Below are positions 10,701 through 20,613 of a stretch of DNA of 64,000 nt, in pieces (position 1 is the first letter of the stretch; each line of letters begins with the position of its first letter). The notes below the pieces were generated by a model. That model was not told where the DNA came from. It made no database searches and saw nothing but the letters and a program-made list of their open reading frames with translations. The position numbers and the translations under genes are program-made. The DNA comes from Fibrobacterales bacterium. GTDB taxonomy: Bacteria > Fibrobacterota > Fibrobacteria > Fibrobacterales > JAOPTW01. Where the stretch lies: assembly GCA_051532055.1 (NCBI GenBank), contig JAOPTX010000004.1, forward strand, positions 126,930 through 190,929. The letters run 5' to 3'.

Positions 10701-11423
10701 TGTTTCAAGATTAATAATAGGGAGTTCTTTACCCTCTTTTGTCGTTACCATTTCGATAGCGCCGACTTTATTAAGCTTTTCAGTATTAATTATCAGAGTA
10801 TTAGGAACTACAGGAACTGCACCACCCGTAAGGCCAGTACCACCGCCACGAGCAATAATCTTTAATCCGAGCTTTTGAGCAATTTTTACAAGTTGTGGAA
10901 GCTCTCTAGCAGAGTCTGGATAGATAATAACTTCTGGATATTCAATTCTCCAGTCAGTTGCATCAGTACAGTGCGCTACTTTGTGAAACGCTGAAAATTT
11001 AATATTTTGTTTGTTTGTAGCACTACTGAAAGCAGAGAGAATTTTTTTCTCTTGTTTTGCCTTCCCTTCTAAATTTTTGAAAAAGTCGCGAACCAATTTA
11101 CGAGTTTTTTTGATCAGAATACTTTCTTTGTGTTCGTTACTCGCGCCAGCTTCTATCATTTCAAGACGACGCTTATGCTGGGCTTTTATTTTGCGAAGTT
11201 TTTGCGGAGTTTCGCTGAAATCGTTTGAGATATACGGGTTTCGATCAATAATGAAAATATCACCAATAATCTCAAAGAGCATTTTTGCACTTTTCCCAGT
11301 TACGCGATGAGAGCGGAGCTCCTCTAGGATATCCCAGGCTTCGGAGTCGAGGTATTTGAGAATGATCTCTTTATCAGTGAGTGAAGTGTAGTTATAAGGT
11401 ATTTCTCTATAATTTATACTCAT
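7725..11423 (-). CDS. FAD-linked oxidase / Fe-S cluster fusion oxidoreductase (DUF3683/DUF3400-type; GlcD+GlcF-like)
   Basis: N-terminal REIPYNYTS; ARGGGTGLTGGAVP; DPTSAWASSIGGNIAENAGG; HMHAGDGNIH; SGEHGIG; two 4Fe-4S motifs (CVRCGKCKPVC, CTMCHRCEAPCP); CCG domains (CCGYP, CCGEVG). Confidence 0.9.
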   Translation of the reverse strand: MSINYREIPYNYTSLTDKEIILKYLDSEAWDILEELRSHRVTGKSAKMLFEIIGDIFIIDRNPYISNDFSETPQKLRKIKAQHKRRLEMIEAGASNEHKESILIKKTRKLVRDFFKNLEGKAKQEKKILSAFSSATNKQNIKFSAFHKVAHCTDATDWRIEYPEVIIYPDSARELPQLVKIAQKLGLKIIARGGGTGLTGGAVPVVPNTLIINTEKLNKVGAIEMVTTKEGKELPIINLETGVITNDATSHCKNKGYVFATDPTSAWASSIGGNIAENAGGKKAVMWGCCIDNLYSFKMVLAGGRLIEVERKNHPHRKIEETDIVEYETYEYDKKGNRTLLDTFTLKATEVRKKGLGKDITNKALGGVPGIQKEGGDGIIYDTRFVLYTPFNHARTICLEFYGTNMVNASKAIVEIRESFGSSDYVFLTALEHFDDVYMDKIDYNVKSNRNESPKAVLLIDIESNDENAVDSACKDITELVQEYNTEGFIASDADESERYWKDRKNLGAIAKHTNGFKTNEDIVVPIKKMPGIIDFFDKLNAEKELDNSIQAIEEIERFCESLKSKNIDGISSDKVDLYVEEITAYATWCKLMWDNIENPTKNVDASYPSEERTIFKMIQDGEIKPDFDGKVIQPFHNTFKVFPTILELFDKTADSVRRRKIIIATHMHAGDGNIHVNIPVHSSDHIMMHETEEVVDIIFKETIRIDGVVSGEHGIGIAKLKYLDESIMEEYAEHKKKIDPSDLFNPGKLAKGFPFEKVYTPSFNLLELEAFVLEATDLQSLSESIANCVRCGKCKPVCNTHYPEGTMFYSPRNKILGVGLIMEAVLYDTLTSNSISFRNFKKLTEIAQNCTMCHRCEAPCPVNIDFGNVTLNIKKLLNARKKAVFHPGVAFAYFFLSLKGVWINQIFRFGMFKVGYRLQRLGHALLRPFEKIVTKTIPGLYDMVKGRYPMTTAPTLREKFSLSDRNTVYTFHNPEKELVKTVFYFPGCGSERMFPQISLATIAILYDAGVRVVIPPQYVCCGYPLKSAGKTEKVEQIVGSNKVLFHKIAKIVDYMNIESTVVTCGTCYEMLSTYGLENIFPESNMLDVNDFLVKNNLMGNVGNEQIIYHEPCHSPLKDTNTAGVVEALTGSKPLVAPNCCGEVGTLAISNPYISNTIRERKQTQIQDLTDNKKVEVLTTCPACTQGLSKIHDDITVEGKHMIVYLAEKKLGKNWMNDFFKHGKKGLEKSLL

Positions 11424-11554
11424 GATGTACCTCGCTTTCGCGTGCTTAGGCAGTTTTAGCCGTTTTTAATTGAATCAAAAAATTCAAATAAGTGTAAGAT
11501 TCGATTCAAAATTAGGAAAATAACTGTTGAAAATCATGAAAATCAGGCGTTTAG

Positions 11555-11569
11555 TTGTAACAGTTACAA
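11555..11569. promoter_or_regulatory. Perfect palindrome TTGTAAC-A-GTTACAA, candidate operator
   Basis: 7-1-7 inverted repeat about 130 nt upstream of the oxidoreductase start codon. Confidence 0.45.
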
Positions 11570-11644
11570 ATTATTATCAGGGTTGGAAAAGTATCGTACA
11601 CAGTTGTGTCGATTCAATGATTTATACGAAGAAAGTTTATAAGG

Positions 11645-11676
11645 TAAGAGCCCTTTCAGGTGTAAAAAGGCTCTTA
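11645..11676 (-). terminator. Probable terminator hairpin of the heme-MCP gene
   Basis: TAAGAGCC...GGCTCTTA inverted repeat about 40 nt past the MCP stop. Confidence 0.5.
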
Positions 11677-11716
11677 TGAATTTAATTTTACCAAAAAAAT
11701 CTTAAAAAGTGGAATG

Positions 11717-13351
11717 CTAAAAATCCATTAAGTCATTTTTTGTTTCTCGGCTGAGAGGGGGGGGAGCTAATACTTGTTGATTCTGCACAGGAGGAATTGA
11801 TTGTGAGGGACGTTCTTGCTGTGCGCCTCGAACGATTGATTTAAGATGGTGTACAATTGAATCAAGTGAATGGGCCTGTGCAGCGAGTTCCTCGGATGAT
11901 GATGAGGCCTCTTCTGCACTGGCGGCATTGGTCTGAATCACTTGATTAAGTTGATTAATTGAACTATTAATATTATCTATTCCATGAGCTTGTTCTGTAC
12001 TGGCGGCAGCTATTTCATGCACTATTGTAGATGCTTTATTTGAACTTTCAGCAATTTTATTTATTGAGGCTACGGTATTTTCAGAGAGTCCTACCCCGTT
12101 TTCTGCATTGTTTTGAGATTCTTCAATAAGCTCAGTTGTATCTTTGGCGGCCTCTGCGCTTCGCTGTGCTAAATTACGTACTTCTTCGGCTACGACAGCA
12201 AACCCTTTGCCGGCTTCACCAGCTCGAGCTGCTTCAACAGCTGCATTGAGAGCTAAAAGGTTTGTTTGGAAGGCTATTTCGTCGATAGTTTTAACAATTT
12301 TTGCAGTTTTGTCTGAAGAGAGTTTTATTTGATTGATTGCATCTCCGAGCCGTTGTATTGAATCTTGCCCATCTTTTGTGAGAGTTTCGGATTCTTTCAT
12401 AATATTATTCGCTAGATTTGCGTTTTCTGCATTTTGCTTTGTAGAATGGGACATTGTGGTCAGGTGCTCAGAAATATCAGTTACTGTAGCTGCTTGTTCT
12501 GTGGCTCCAGCAGCTAATGCTTGTGCATATGAGGCAATCTGGTTTGAAGCTGATTTCACCTGGTCTGAACCTTCAAAGAGCTCTTCAGTGACGCCATTTA
12601 TTGGTCTTTCAACAGTGATATCTATAACATACGTGAATATTGCAATAAGAATGGTGAGTCCTATAAAACAAACGATTGCAGCCCAAAGAAGATTTGAACT
12701 CATCTGGGCGTCAGCAGTATCAAGGGATTGTACCACTTCAAAGGCTCCATGAATTGAACCAACGGTCCAGTTTTCCATTTTGGTTCCGGTAGGATCGAGC
12801 CCTTGATCGTTACCCCATAGCTCTTGTGATGTTGCGGGGTCGCCATGACACAACATACAGGTTTGAGTAAGTCGAATTGGTCTAAAGTAGCGTATGGCGT
12901 TGAGTTCTTTATCAATAATATGGTACTCTGAAAGGTTTTCACTTTTCATTTTGTTTATTGCTTTTGCTTCGAGCGCATCGGGCTGGTTTTTAGGGTTACG
13001 CGGTTGAAACTTAGGTACTTTAAATTCGTAACCACCTTCTTTTGCTTTTCGCATTGCAGATTTCCATGCAGAGACAACAGGGACAGCATCAACAACTTTA
13101 TCACGCTCTCCAGCAGCAGCCCATTTTCTAAGGTCGGCTACAGAAAATACTCCTTTGTCCCACTTGTCCTCCATTTCTTGTCGTGCCGATTCTACGGTTA
13201 GGTTTATAGCCCGAGCCTTTTCAATGTATCCATTTATAGTAAGCGACTTTGTAGTATTATAATAGAGGGCAAATAAAATAACTAGTAGGATGGAGGGTAA
13301 TGTTACACCAATTAGAATGATTTTAAATTTGAGGGAACGTTGATTTTGCAT
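11717..13351 (-). CDS. Methyl-accepting chemotaxis protein with periplasmic heme-c (DUF3365/Tll0287-like) sensor domain
   Basis: Two TM helices flanking a domain with [14 protein letters not shown] and CMLCHG (CxxCH); MCP core [34 protein letters not shown]. Start moved to the ATG at 13351 (GGTGG upstream); the track gives 13387. Confidence 0.92.
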   Translation of the reverse strand: MQNQRSLKFKIILIGVTLPSILLVILFALYYNTTKSLTINGYIEKARAINLTVESARQEMEDKWDKGVFSVADLRKWAAAGERDKVVDAVPVVSAWKSAMRKAKEGGYEFKVPKFQPRNPKNQPDALEAKAINKMKSENLSEYHIIDKELNAIRYFRPIRLTQTCMLCHGDPATSQELWGNDQGLDPTGTKMENWTVGSIHGAFEVVQSLDTADAQMSSNLLWAAIVCFIGLTILIAIFTYVIDITVERPINGVTEELFEGSDQVKSASNQIASYAQALAAGATEQAATVTDISEHLTTMSHSTKQNAENANLANNIMKESETLTKDGQDSIQRLGDAINQIKLSSDKTAKIVKTIDEIAFQTNLLALNAAVEAARAGEAGKGFAVVAEEVRNLAQRSAEAAKDTTELIEESQNNAENGVGLSENTVASINKIAESSNKASTIVHEIAAASTEQAHGIDNINSSINQLNQVIQTNAASAEEASSSSEELAAQAHSLDSIVHHLKSIVRGAQQERPSQSIPPVQNQQVLAPPPLSRETKNDLMDF

Positions 13352-13687
13352 GATACCACCCGTTGAGTATTTAATGCATAGTATCATTATTTAAAATAAA
13401 TGCAACAAATAAATTTGTTACTGAATATAGGTTTGTATCTTGAGCAACTATAGGTTGATTACACTTTGGGTGGCCTTAGGGTGTAAATTTGTTAAATTTG
13501 TTTTTTAATTTATGATTCTGTAACCTTATGTATTTCCAAAGGTTATAGCGTTTTTAATTATTGTATCACAAAATATGTGCTTTTTGTTACCTTAGAATCT
13601 TATATTTGTGACCGCAATTTACAGATCTGATTGAAATTTTTATATTTGCTCAAATGAGCAGTGATTTAAAAGGTGATATATCCCAAT

Positions 13688-15532
13688 ATGGCAAAATATA
13701 CCGAAGATAGTATTAAATCCCTTGAGTGGCACGAGCATATAAGACGGCGTCCTGGAATGTATATTGGTAAACTAGGTGATGGTTCTACCCCTGATGATGG
13801 CATTTATGTTCTTGTAAAAGAGGTTATTGATAACTCTATTGATGAATTCAATATGGGTGTTGGTAAAAATCTAGATATTTCTATTGAGGATGGTGTAGTT
13901 ACGATTCGTGACTATGGACGTGGTATTCCTCTTGGTAAAATGGTTGATTGCGTATCCAAAATAAACACTGGTGGTAAATACGATAATGAGGCGTTTCAAA
14001 AATCTGTTGGTATGAATGGAGTTGGCACTAAAGCGGTTAATGCACTTTCGAGCTATTTTTGGGTTCAATCAATTCGAGAAGGTAAGACGCGCATTGCAGA
14101 ATTTAGTAGAGGTCTTTTAGAAAGTGAGTCTAAAGACAAATCTTGTAAAGAAAAACAGGGAACCATCATTAAGTTTATCCCTGATACTGATATATTTCCA
14201 AAATACAAATTTATTTATGACTATATAGAAGAGAAAATTTGGAACTACTCCTATTTGAACCCTGGATTGGTTATCACCTTTAATGGGAGAAAGTTTGAGT
14301 CTAAAAATGGTCTCCATGATCTTTTAAATCGTCATGTAGACGATACTATTCGATATCCAATTCTTCATATTGCAGAGAAAAATCGAGACATTGAGATTGC
14401 CCTCTCACATGCCAATCACTACGGTGAACAATATTTTACTTTTGTTAATGGACAATATACTACGCAGGGAGGGACTCATCTCAATGCATTTAAAGAGGCG
14501 TTTGTAAAAACAATTCGCGACTTCTTTAAAAAAGATTATGATGCTGCAGATATTAGAAGCGCAATTATTGCGGCGGTGTCAGTTAGAATCCAAGAACCAG
14601 TATTTGAATCTCAGACGAAAACTAAATTGGGTTCTACCCATGTAAGTGAAGGGGGGGAGACCCTCAGGAAATGGATGGCTGACTTTATTCGTCGTGAGCT
14701 TGATAATTTCCTTCATAAAAACAGTGCAGTGGCAACAGCAATACTCAAACGTATTCAGCAGTCTGAAAAAGAACGTAAAGAGATTGCTGGTATTAAAAAG
14801 CTTGCAAATGAACGGGCCAAAAAAGCAAATATTCATAATCGAAAGCTCCGTGATTGTAAATTCCATTTTGGTGGAAAACAAGATGAATGTAATGACACAA
14901 TGATCTTTATTACAGAAGGTGATTCTGCTTCAGGTTCTATTACTACGGCGAGAAGTGTTAAAACTCAGGCGGTATTTAGCCTTAAAGGGAAGCCACTCAA
15001 TTGCTTTGGTCTGAGTAAAAAAGTGGTCTATGAGAATGAAGAGTTTAACCTGTTACAACATGCACTCGATATCGAAAATGGTATTGATAGTTTGCGGTAC
15101 AATAAAGTGGTGATTGCAACTGATGCTGATGTTGATGGTATGCATATTCGATTGCTTCTCTTGACCTTTTTTATTCAGTTTTTTCCTGAGCTTATTGAGA
15201 ATGGTCATGTGTTTATCCTTGAAACACCACTCTTTAGGGTTCGGAATAAAAATGAGACTGTCTACTGTTATGATGCACTTGAAAAAGATGTAGCTCTTGG
15301 ACGATTGGGTAAAAAGTCAGAGATCACTCGTTTTAAAGGGCTTGGAGAGATATCTCCTAATGAGTTTGGGAAGTTTTTACGTGAAGACTTACGGTTAGAG
15401 CCAGTTTTGCTTCACCCAGAGATGTCTAAGACTCAATTATTAACTCGTTTTATGGGTAAAAATACTCCTGAGCGTCAGAAATTTATTATTGAAAATTTAC
15501 GTAATGTCGTTATTGACGATGTAGTTGCATAA
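13688..15532 (+). CDS. parE: DNA topoisomerase IV subunit B
   Basis: [64 protein letters not shown]. Short length with no GyrB-type insert. Start taken at ATG 13688. Confidence 0.9.
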   Translation: MAKYTEDSIKSLEWHEHIRRRPGMYIGKLGDGSTPDDGIYVLVKEVIDNSIDEFNMGVGKNLDISIEDGVVTIRDYGRGIPLGKMVDCVSKINTGGKYDNEAFQKSVGMNGVGTKAVNALSSYFWVQSIREGKTRIAEFSRGLLESESKDKSCKEKQGTIIKFIPDTDIFPKYKFIYDYIEEKIWNYSYLNPGLVITFNGRKFESKNGLHDLLNRHVDDTIRYPILHIAEKNRDIEIALSHANHYGEQYFTFVNGQYTTQGGTHLNAFKEAFVKTIRDFFKKDYDAADIRSAIIAAVSVRIQEPVFESQTKTKLGSTHVSEGGETLRKWMADFIRRELDNFLHKNSAVATAILKRIQQSEKERKEIAGIKKLANERAKKANIHNRKLRDCKFHFGGKQDECNDTMIFITEGDSASGSITTARSVKTQAVFSLKGKPLNCFGLSKKVVYENEEFNLLQHALDIENGIDSLRYNKVVIATDADVDGMHIRLLLLTFFIQFFPELIENGHVFILETPLFRVRNKNETVYCYDALEKDVALGRLGKKSEITRFKGLGEISPNEFGKFLREDLRLEPVLLHPEMSKTQLLTRFMGKNTPERQKFIIENLRNVVIDDVVA

Positions 15533-15615
15533 TTAACTCGGCAGACAGATAGAAATAGTGATTTGTATGCAGTACTATAGAAATGTGCTGCACTCTTTAA
15601 GTACAAAAGAAAGAT

Positions 15616-18213
15616 ATGACAGATAAAAACCAAGAAGAACTCGATTTAAAAGAGATTGCTGCAGATGAGATTAATCATGAACTCTCTGTTACTGATAATA
15701 AGCATGTTGAACAACTCTACGAAGAGTGGTTTCTCGACTATGCATCCTATGTGATACTTGATAGGGCGGTACCTTATTTCGAAGATGGGCTAAAGCCTGT
15801 TCAACGTCGTATTCTCCACTCATTTTGGGAGAAAAGCGATGGTCGTTATCACAAAATAGCTAATATCATTGGGCATACAATGCAGTATCATCCTCATGGA
15901 GATGCCTCAATTGGTGATGCTATTGTTACTCTTGGTCAAAAAGACCTCTTGATTGATCCACAGGGTAACTGGGGTAATATCATGACCGGCGACCGCTCGG
16001 CAGCTGCTCGATACATAGAAGGACGACTGACCCCATTTGCCTTAGAAATTGCTTTTAATCCTGATACGACACATTGGTTGCCTTCTTATGACGGCCGCTC
16101 CAAAGAACCTTCTAAACTCCCAATGAAATTCCCAATGATTCTTGCTCAAGGGGTTAAAGGGATTGCAGTTGGGCTATCAACTGAGATATTGCCTCATAAT
16201 TTTTGTGAATTGATTCAGTCATCTATTGCTCATTTGAGAAAACGCTCATTTACTTTATATCCAGATTTTCAGCAGGGTGGTATTGTCGATATCACTAACT
16301 ACAAGAGTGGTGAGCGCGGTGGTAAAGTTAAGGTACGTGCTAAAATTGAACAGTATGATAAAAAAACACTTTCAATCACTGAAGTACCCTTTGGGACAAC
16401 GACAACATCACTGATAGATTCTATTGTATCTGCGAATGATAAAAGTAAAATTAAGATTAAGAAGGTCGAGGATAACACGGCGAGTGAAGTTGAAATACTT
16501 ATCCATCTTGCCCCAGGTATTGATCCTGTTATAACAATAGAAGCACTCTATGCCTTTACTGACTGTGAAGTTTCTATCAGTACAAATTGTTGTATTATTC
16601 GTGATGATAAGCCGGTTTTTACCGATGTTCAGACAATTTTAAAACAGTCAACAGAGCACACTGTGTCTCTTCTTGAGTGGGAACTTAAAAATAGACGTGA
16701 TGAGCTTAATCGTAAATGGCATTTGGCATCTCTTGAAAAAATATTTATTGAGAAAAAGGTCTACCTCACGATTGAAGAGGCTAAATCTCGTGAAGAGATG
16801 ATAACATTTGTTGATGATGGGTTGAAACCACATACTAAAAAACTCCGAATACCAGTGACTCAAGAAGATGTTTTGCGTCTTTGTGAGATTCCTATCAGAA
16901 AAATTTCCCGATTTGATACGAAGAAGAATCAAGAACTCTTAAAAGAGCTTGATGACAAAATTGAAGAAGTTGAAAATTTTCTCGCCAATCTCATAGATTA
17001 TTCAATTAACTATTTTAAGGGCCTTCTGACAAAATATGGGAAAGGACGTGAGAGAAAAACCGAGATTGAAGAGTTTCAAACACTCTCTGCTAAACAAGTC
17101 GCGGTTGCGAATCAACGTCTTTATGTGAGTAAAAAAGAGGGTTTTGTAGGGACGTCTCTTAAAAAAGATGAATATGTTTTTGATTGCTCTCCGTATGATG
17201 AATTGATTGTTTTTAAGAAAGACGCTACGTTTATGGTTACTAAGGTCGATAAAAAGGTCTATGTTGGTAAAGATATCATTCACATTGAAATTTTTCATAA
17301 AGAGGATGATCGAACAACCTACAACTATATCTATGAAGATGGGACAGATAAACGGTCGTATATTAAACGCTTTAATGTGACGGGTATTACTCGAAATAAA
17401 GATTATCCTTTAGCAAAAAGTGCAAAATCTAAAGTGCTCTACTTCTCGTCAAACCCTAATGGTGAAGCGGAAGTAGTTGAGGTGACTCTGAAACCACAAC
17501 CACGTATTAAACTTGCTTTTAAGGTTGACTTCAGTGAGACAGAGGTGAAAGCGCGGGGGGCTAAAGGGAACACTGTTACCAAACACCCTGTGAAAAAAAT
17601 TAAACTTCTTAAAGCAGGGACATCTACATTAGAAGATCAAACTCTCTTTTACGATTCAATCACAAATGTGGTGAGTAACGTTAAGAGGGGTGAAGAGATA
17701 GGGGCTTTTTCTGGGGATGACTTAATAATGGTTGTCCGTGTAAATGGACGAGTTAACTTTTTTGCCGTTGAAGCTTCAGTAGCTATTGGTGGTGAAGTAC
17801 TGTGTGTTAAAAGGTATGACCCAGAAGCATATCATTCGGCAATTTACTATGAAGGTAATTCCCTCTCATTTTATGTGAAACGTTTTGATTTCGGTGAAGT
17901 TACTGCCGGTAAAGATATGGCTTGTATTTCTGATAATAAAGACTCAGTTCTCCTTTATTTTAGCAATGATCATGAACCAAAATGCCTTGTTGAATTTGCC
18001 GGTACAAAAAAACGTGGTGCATCTGCTGCAATTGAAATATTTGAATTCGCAGATGAGGAACTCTATCCTATTAGAGGTATTCGTGCCCTAGGGACGCGAA
18101 TTACGGCTAAAAAGATTAAGAAAGTTCTCGATGTTACAACTGTTACACCTAAAAAGAACGATTTTGAAGAGGTATTAAAGAAGGTGCCCGTAATTCAATT
18201 AAAGAAATTTTAG
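15616..18213 (+). CDS. parC: DNA topoisomerase IV subunit A
   Basis: DYASYVILDRAVP, DGLKPVQRRIL, YHPHGDASI, catalytic AAARYIE; follows parE. No GyrA box seen. Confidence 0.88.
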   Translation: MTDKNQEELDLKEIAADEINHELSVTDNKHVEQLYEEWFLDYASYVILDRAVPYFEDGLKPVQRRILHSFWEKSDGRYHKIANIIGHTMQYHPHGDASIGDAIVTLGQKDLLIDPQGNWGNIMTGDRSAAARYIEGRLTPFALEIAFNPDTTHWLPSYDGRSKEPSKLPMKFPMILAQGVKGIAVGLSTEILPHNFCELIQSSIAHLRKRSFTLYPDFQQGGIVDITNYKSGERGGKVKVRAKIEQYDKKTLSITEVPFGTTTTSLIDSIVSANDKSKIKIKKVEDNTASEVEILIHLAPGIDPVITIEALYAFTDCEVSISTNCCIIRDDKPVFTDVQTILKQSTEHTVSLLEWELKNRRDELNRKWHLASLEKIFIEKKVYLTIEEAKSREEMITFVDDGLKPHTKKLRIPVTQEDVLRLCEIPIRKISRFDTKKNQELLKELDDKIEEVENFLANLIDYSINYFKGLLTKYGKGRERKTEIEEFQTLSAKQVAVANQRLYVSKKEGFVGTSLKKDEYVFDCSPYDELIVFKKDATFMVTKVDKKVYVGKDIIHIEIFHKEDDRTTYNYIYEDGTDKRSYIKRFNVTGITRNKDYPLAKSAKSKVLYFSSNPNGEAEVVEVTLKPQPRIKLAFKVDFSETEVKARGAKGNTVTKHPVKKIKLLKAGTSTLEDQTLFYDSITNVVSNVKRGEEIGAFSGDDLIMVVRVNGRVNFFAVEASVAIGGEVLCVKRYDPEAYHSAIYYEGNSLSFYVKRFDFGEVTAGKDMACISDNKDSVLLYFSNDHEPKCLVEFAGTKKRGASAAIEIFEFADEELYPIRGIRALGTRITAKKIKKVLDVTTVTPKKNDFEEVLKKVPVIQLKKF

Positions 18214-18228
18214 GCTTTAATTATAACT

Positions 18229-18260
18229 AAAATGCACTTTTAGAGAAAGTGCATTTTTTT
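18229..18260 (+). terminator. Rho-independent terminator after parC
   Basis: AAAATGCACTTT-TAGAG-AAAGTGCATTTT followed by a T run. Confidence 0.8.
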
Positions 18261-18323
18261 ATTGATTATATATTAGAAAATGCTTATATTCTTATTAACA
18301 ATTTATCCATAAAGGAGTATCCT

Positions 18324-18647
18324 ATGATATTCGATGCAATAAAAAAAGTATTAGGTGGAAACGGTGAGGAAATTGCTGAGGCCGTTAAGAGTGGAGCTAC
18401 GTTAATAGATGTACGAAGTGCAGGTGAATTTAGAGGTGGTTCGGTACCAGGAGCCATTAATATTCCTCATGATGAGATGAGAAAGCACAAAGCTAAATTT
18501 GAAAAAATGAAGCAACCACTCATTCTGTTTTGTGCATCAGGTATGCGATCTGCAACTGCAACTATGGCGCTGAAAGGAATGGGGATTGAAAATGTACTCA
18601 ATGGAAAGACTTGGGGATCGGTAAATGCAATAGTTCAAGGTAAATAA
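18324..18647 (+). CDS. Single-domain rhodanese (sulfurtransferase)
   Basis: LIDVRSAGEF, GAINIP and active-site loop FCASGMRS. An AAGGAG RBS supports the start at 18324; the track start at 18249 lies inside the terminator. Confidence 0.9.
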   Translation: MIFDAIKKVLGGNGEEIAEAVKSGATLIDVRSAGEFRGGSVPGAINIPHDEMRKHKAKFEKMKQPLILFCASGMRSATATMALKGMGIENVLNGKTWGSVNAIVQGK

Positions 18648-18692
18648 CCGAGCATTATTACTTATCAATGCTTCTTCAAAAGGGAAGAGATT

Positions 18693-20309
18693 ATGGCACA
18701 AAGAATTGTAATTATTGGTGGGCTCTCAGCAGGACCCGCAGCTGCAGCAAAAGCTCGAAGAATGAGTGAGTCGGCGGAGATACTATTATTTGAGAAAGAT
18801 ACTGCAATTAGTTATGCAACCTGCGGGATGCCGTATGCATTATCCAAAAAAATAGCACAACGTGAAAACTTAATTGTGGTAAAGCCTGAACTGCTTGAAC
18901 AGCGTTTTAATATAAAAATGCATTTAGGAGAAGAGGTCATCAAGGTTGATCCGGTGGGGAAGTTTATTACAACTCCTCAAGGGCAGTATTCCTATGATAC
19001 ATTGATCTTTGCTACGGGGGCTCGTCCTGTCCTTCCACCAATTGAAGGAATTAAAGAGGCTGCTAATAAATCATTTTTAAGAACTCTTGACGATTTTGAT
19101 CGACTCATGGGTAAGGATGGTCTTGTCAGTGCACAGAAAGTAACAATATTGGGTGCGGGTCTAATTGGTGTAGAGATTGCAGAAAATTTACGTCATATTG
19201 GTAAAGAAGTCGTTATTGTTGAAGGTACACAACAGATACTTCCTATGTATTCTGAAGAATTTGCATTGCTTGCTGAAGAGGTGTTGGTGAAAGAAGGAAT
19301 ACGTGTAGAGACCGGACAATTTGCAACAACTTTTAATGGTAAAATATTGACTCTTCAAGATGGAACTGAAATTGAGACTGACTATCTCATGCTTTCTACA
19401 GGAATAAAACCGGTGACCGAACTGCTAACAGAGCATGGTGCAGAGGTATTGGGCAATGGCGCTCTTATTGTAAATGACCAAATGCAGACATCACTCCCAG
19501 ATATATATGCTGCAGGAGATTGTGTTGCTATACCAAATCCTCTTACGAAAAAGCCCGGATACTTTCCATTGGGGACTCACTCAAATAAAGGGGGACGCAC
19601 AGCAGCGATTAATGCTACAGGTGGTTCAGCTCACTATAAAGGTGGGTATGGTACAGCAATAGTACAAGTATTTGATTATACCCTTGCCCGCACAGGTTTG
19701 TCTTCGAAGGAGATCTATGATAGTAGTTACAATCCAGAGTCGAGCTTTATTTATGCAGGGGCAACACCTGGGTATTATCCTGGTAAGGAGGAGATAGCTC
19801 TCGAAATAATTTTTGATAAAAAATCAGGAAAGCTACTTTCTGCAGAAGCATGGGGTAAAAAAGGTGTTGATAAACGGATAGATGTATTGTCTACCGCACT
19901 GTATGCAGGTCTAACCATAGATGATCTTCATGATTTAGATTTAGCCTATGCACCACCATTTTCGCCGGCAAAAGATCCCATTGTTGTTGCAGGCTATGTT
20001 GCTTCAAATCAAAATACTTTTGGCTACCGATCACTCACGCCAAATGAATTTATGTTCGAAAGCACATTAGATGAGGCATTTGTCGTTGATGTCCGCACGG
20101 CTCATGAGTTTGAAAGGGGGGCAATTGAAGGAGCTAAAAACATACCGCTTGATAATTTAAGAGACCATCTCATTGAACTTCCGAAAGACTTAGATATACT
20201 TGTTTATTGTCAAAAAGGAATGCGTGGCTATATTGCATCTCAAATATTAGCAAACGAGGGTTTTAATGTTAAAAATCTTGCAGGGGGGTACGGAAGACTC
20301 AAGTTATAA
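18693..20309 (+). CDS. cdr: CoA-disulfide/persulfide reductase with C-terminal rhodanese domain
   Basis: FAD GGLSAG, redox SYATCGMPY, NADH GAGLIGVE, IYAAGDC, DKRIDV, LAYAPPFS; rhodanese VDVR...YCQKGMRG. Confidence 0.88.
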   Translation: MAQRIVIIGGLSAGPAAAAKARRMSESAEILLFEKDTAISYATCGMPYALSKKIAQRENLIVVKPELLEQRFNIKMHLGEEVIKVDPVGKFITTPQGQYSYDTLIFATGARPVLPPIEGIKEAANKSFLRTLDDFDRLMGKDGLVSAQKVTILGAGLIGVEIAENLRHIGKEVVIVEGTQQILPMYSEEFALLAEEVLVKEGIRVETGQFATTFNGKILTLQDGTEIETDYLMLSTGIKPVTELLTEHGAEVLGNGALIVNDQMQTSLPDIYAAGDCVAIPNPLTKKPGYFPLGTHSNKGGRTAAINATGGSAHYKGGYGTAIVQVFDYTLARTGLSSKEIYDSSYNPESSFIYAGATPGYYPGKEEIALEIIFDKKSGKLLSAEAWGKKGVDKRIDVLSTALYAGLTIDDLHDLDLAYAPPFSPAKDPIVVAGYVASNQNTFGYRSLTPNEFMFESTLDEAFVVDVRTAHEFERGAIEGAKNIPLDNLRDHLIELPKDLDILVYCQKGMRGYIASQILANEGFNVKNLAGGYGRLKL

Positions 20310-20359
20310 AAATTAAGAGTACCGGTAAAATTCACCCATGGTGCAGAGTGGTAGTTTTG

Positions 20360-20393
20360 AGTCTGAAATCAATCATTTGGTTTCAGACTTTTT
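20360..20393 (+). terminator. Rho-independent terminator after cdr
   Basis: AGTCTGAAATCA-ATCATT-TGGTTTCAGACT followed by TTTT. Confidence 0.75.
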
Positions 20394-20427
20394 ATATATT
20401 TAACCTATACACCTCATTTGGACCACT

Positions 20428-20613
20428 ATGTCTCAGTTACCTTGGATTCTTAAGTTGATCGGTATTATTATTCTTGCCGGATCGTTTCTCTATACAGATT
20501 TGATAGCCATGTTTAATCTACCTGCAGGAGGGCGTATGCCTTTGTTTGGATTTGGGGTCGTTCTTTATTTAGCCGGTGCAATCATGCATGCAGTGAGACG
20601 GTATAAAAAATGA
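20428..20613 (+). CDS. Small two-TM membrane protein
   Basis: Two hydrophobic segments and a basic C-terminus; its stop overlaps the ABC ATPase start (ATGA). Confidence 0.65.
   Translation: MSQLPWILKLIGIIILAGSFLYTDLIAMFNLPAGGRMPLFGFGVVLYLAGAIMHAVRRYKK

Noticed and set aside
13688..18213. gyrB/gyrA assignment
   Set aside because: The short B subunit, the absence of a GyrA box and the DYASYVILDRAVP-type N-terminus fit topoisomerase IV better.
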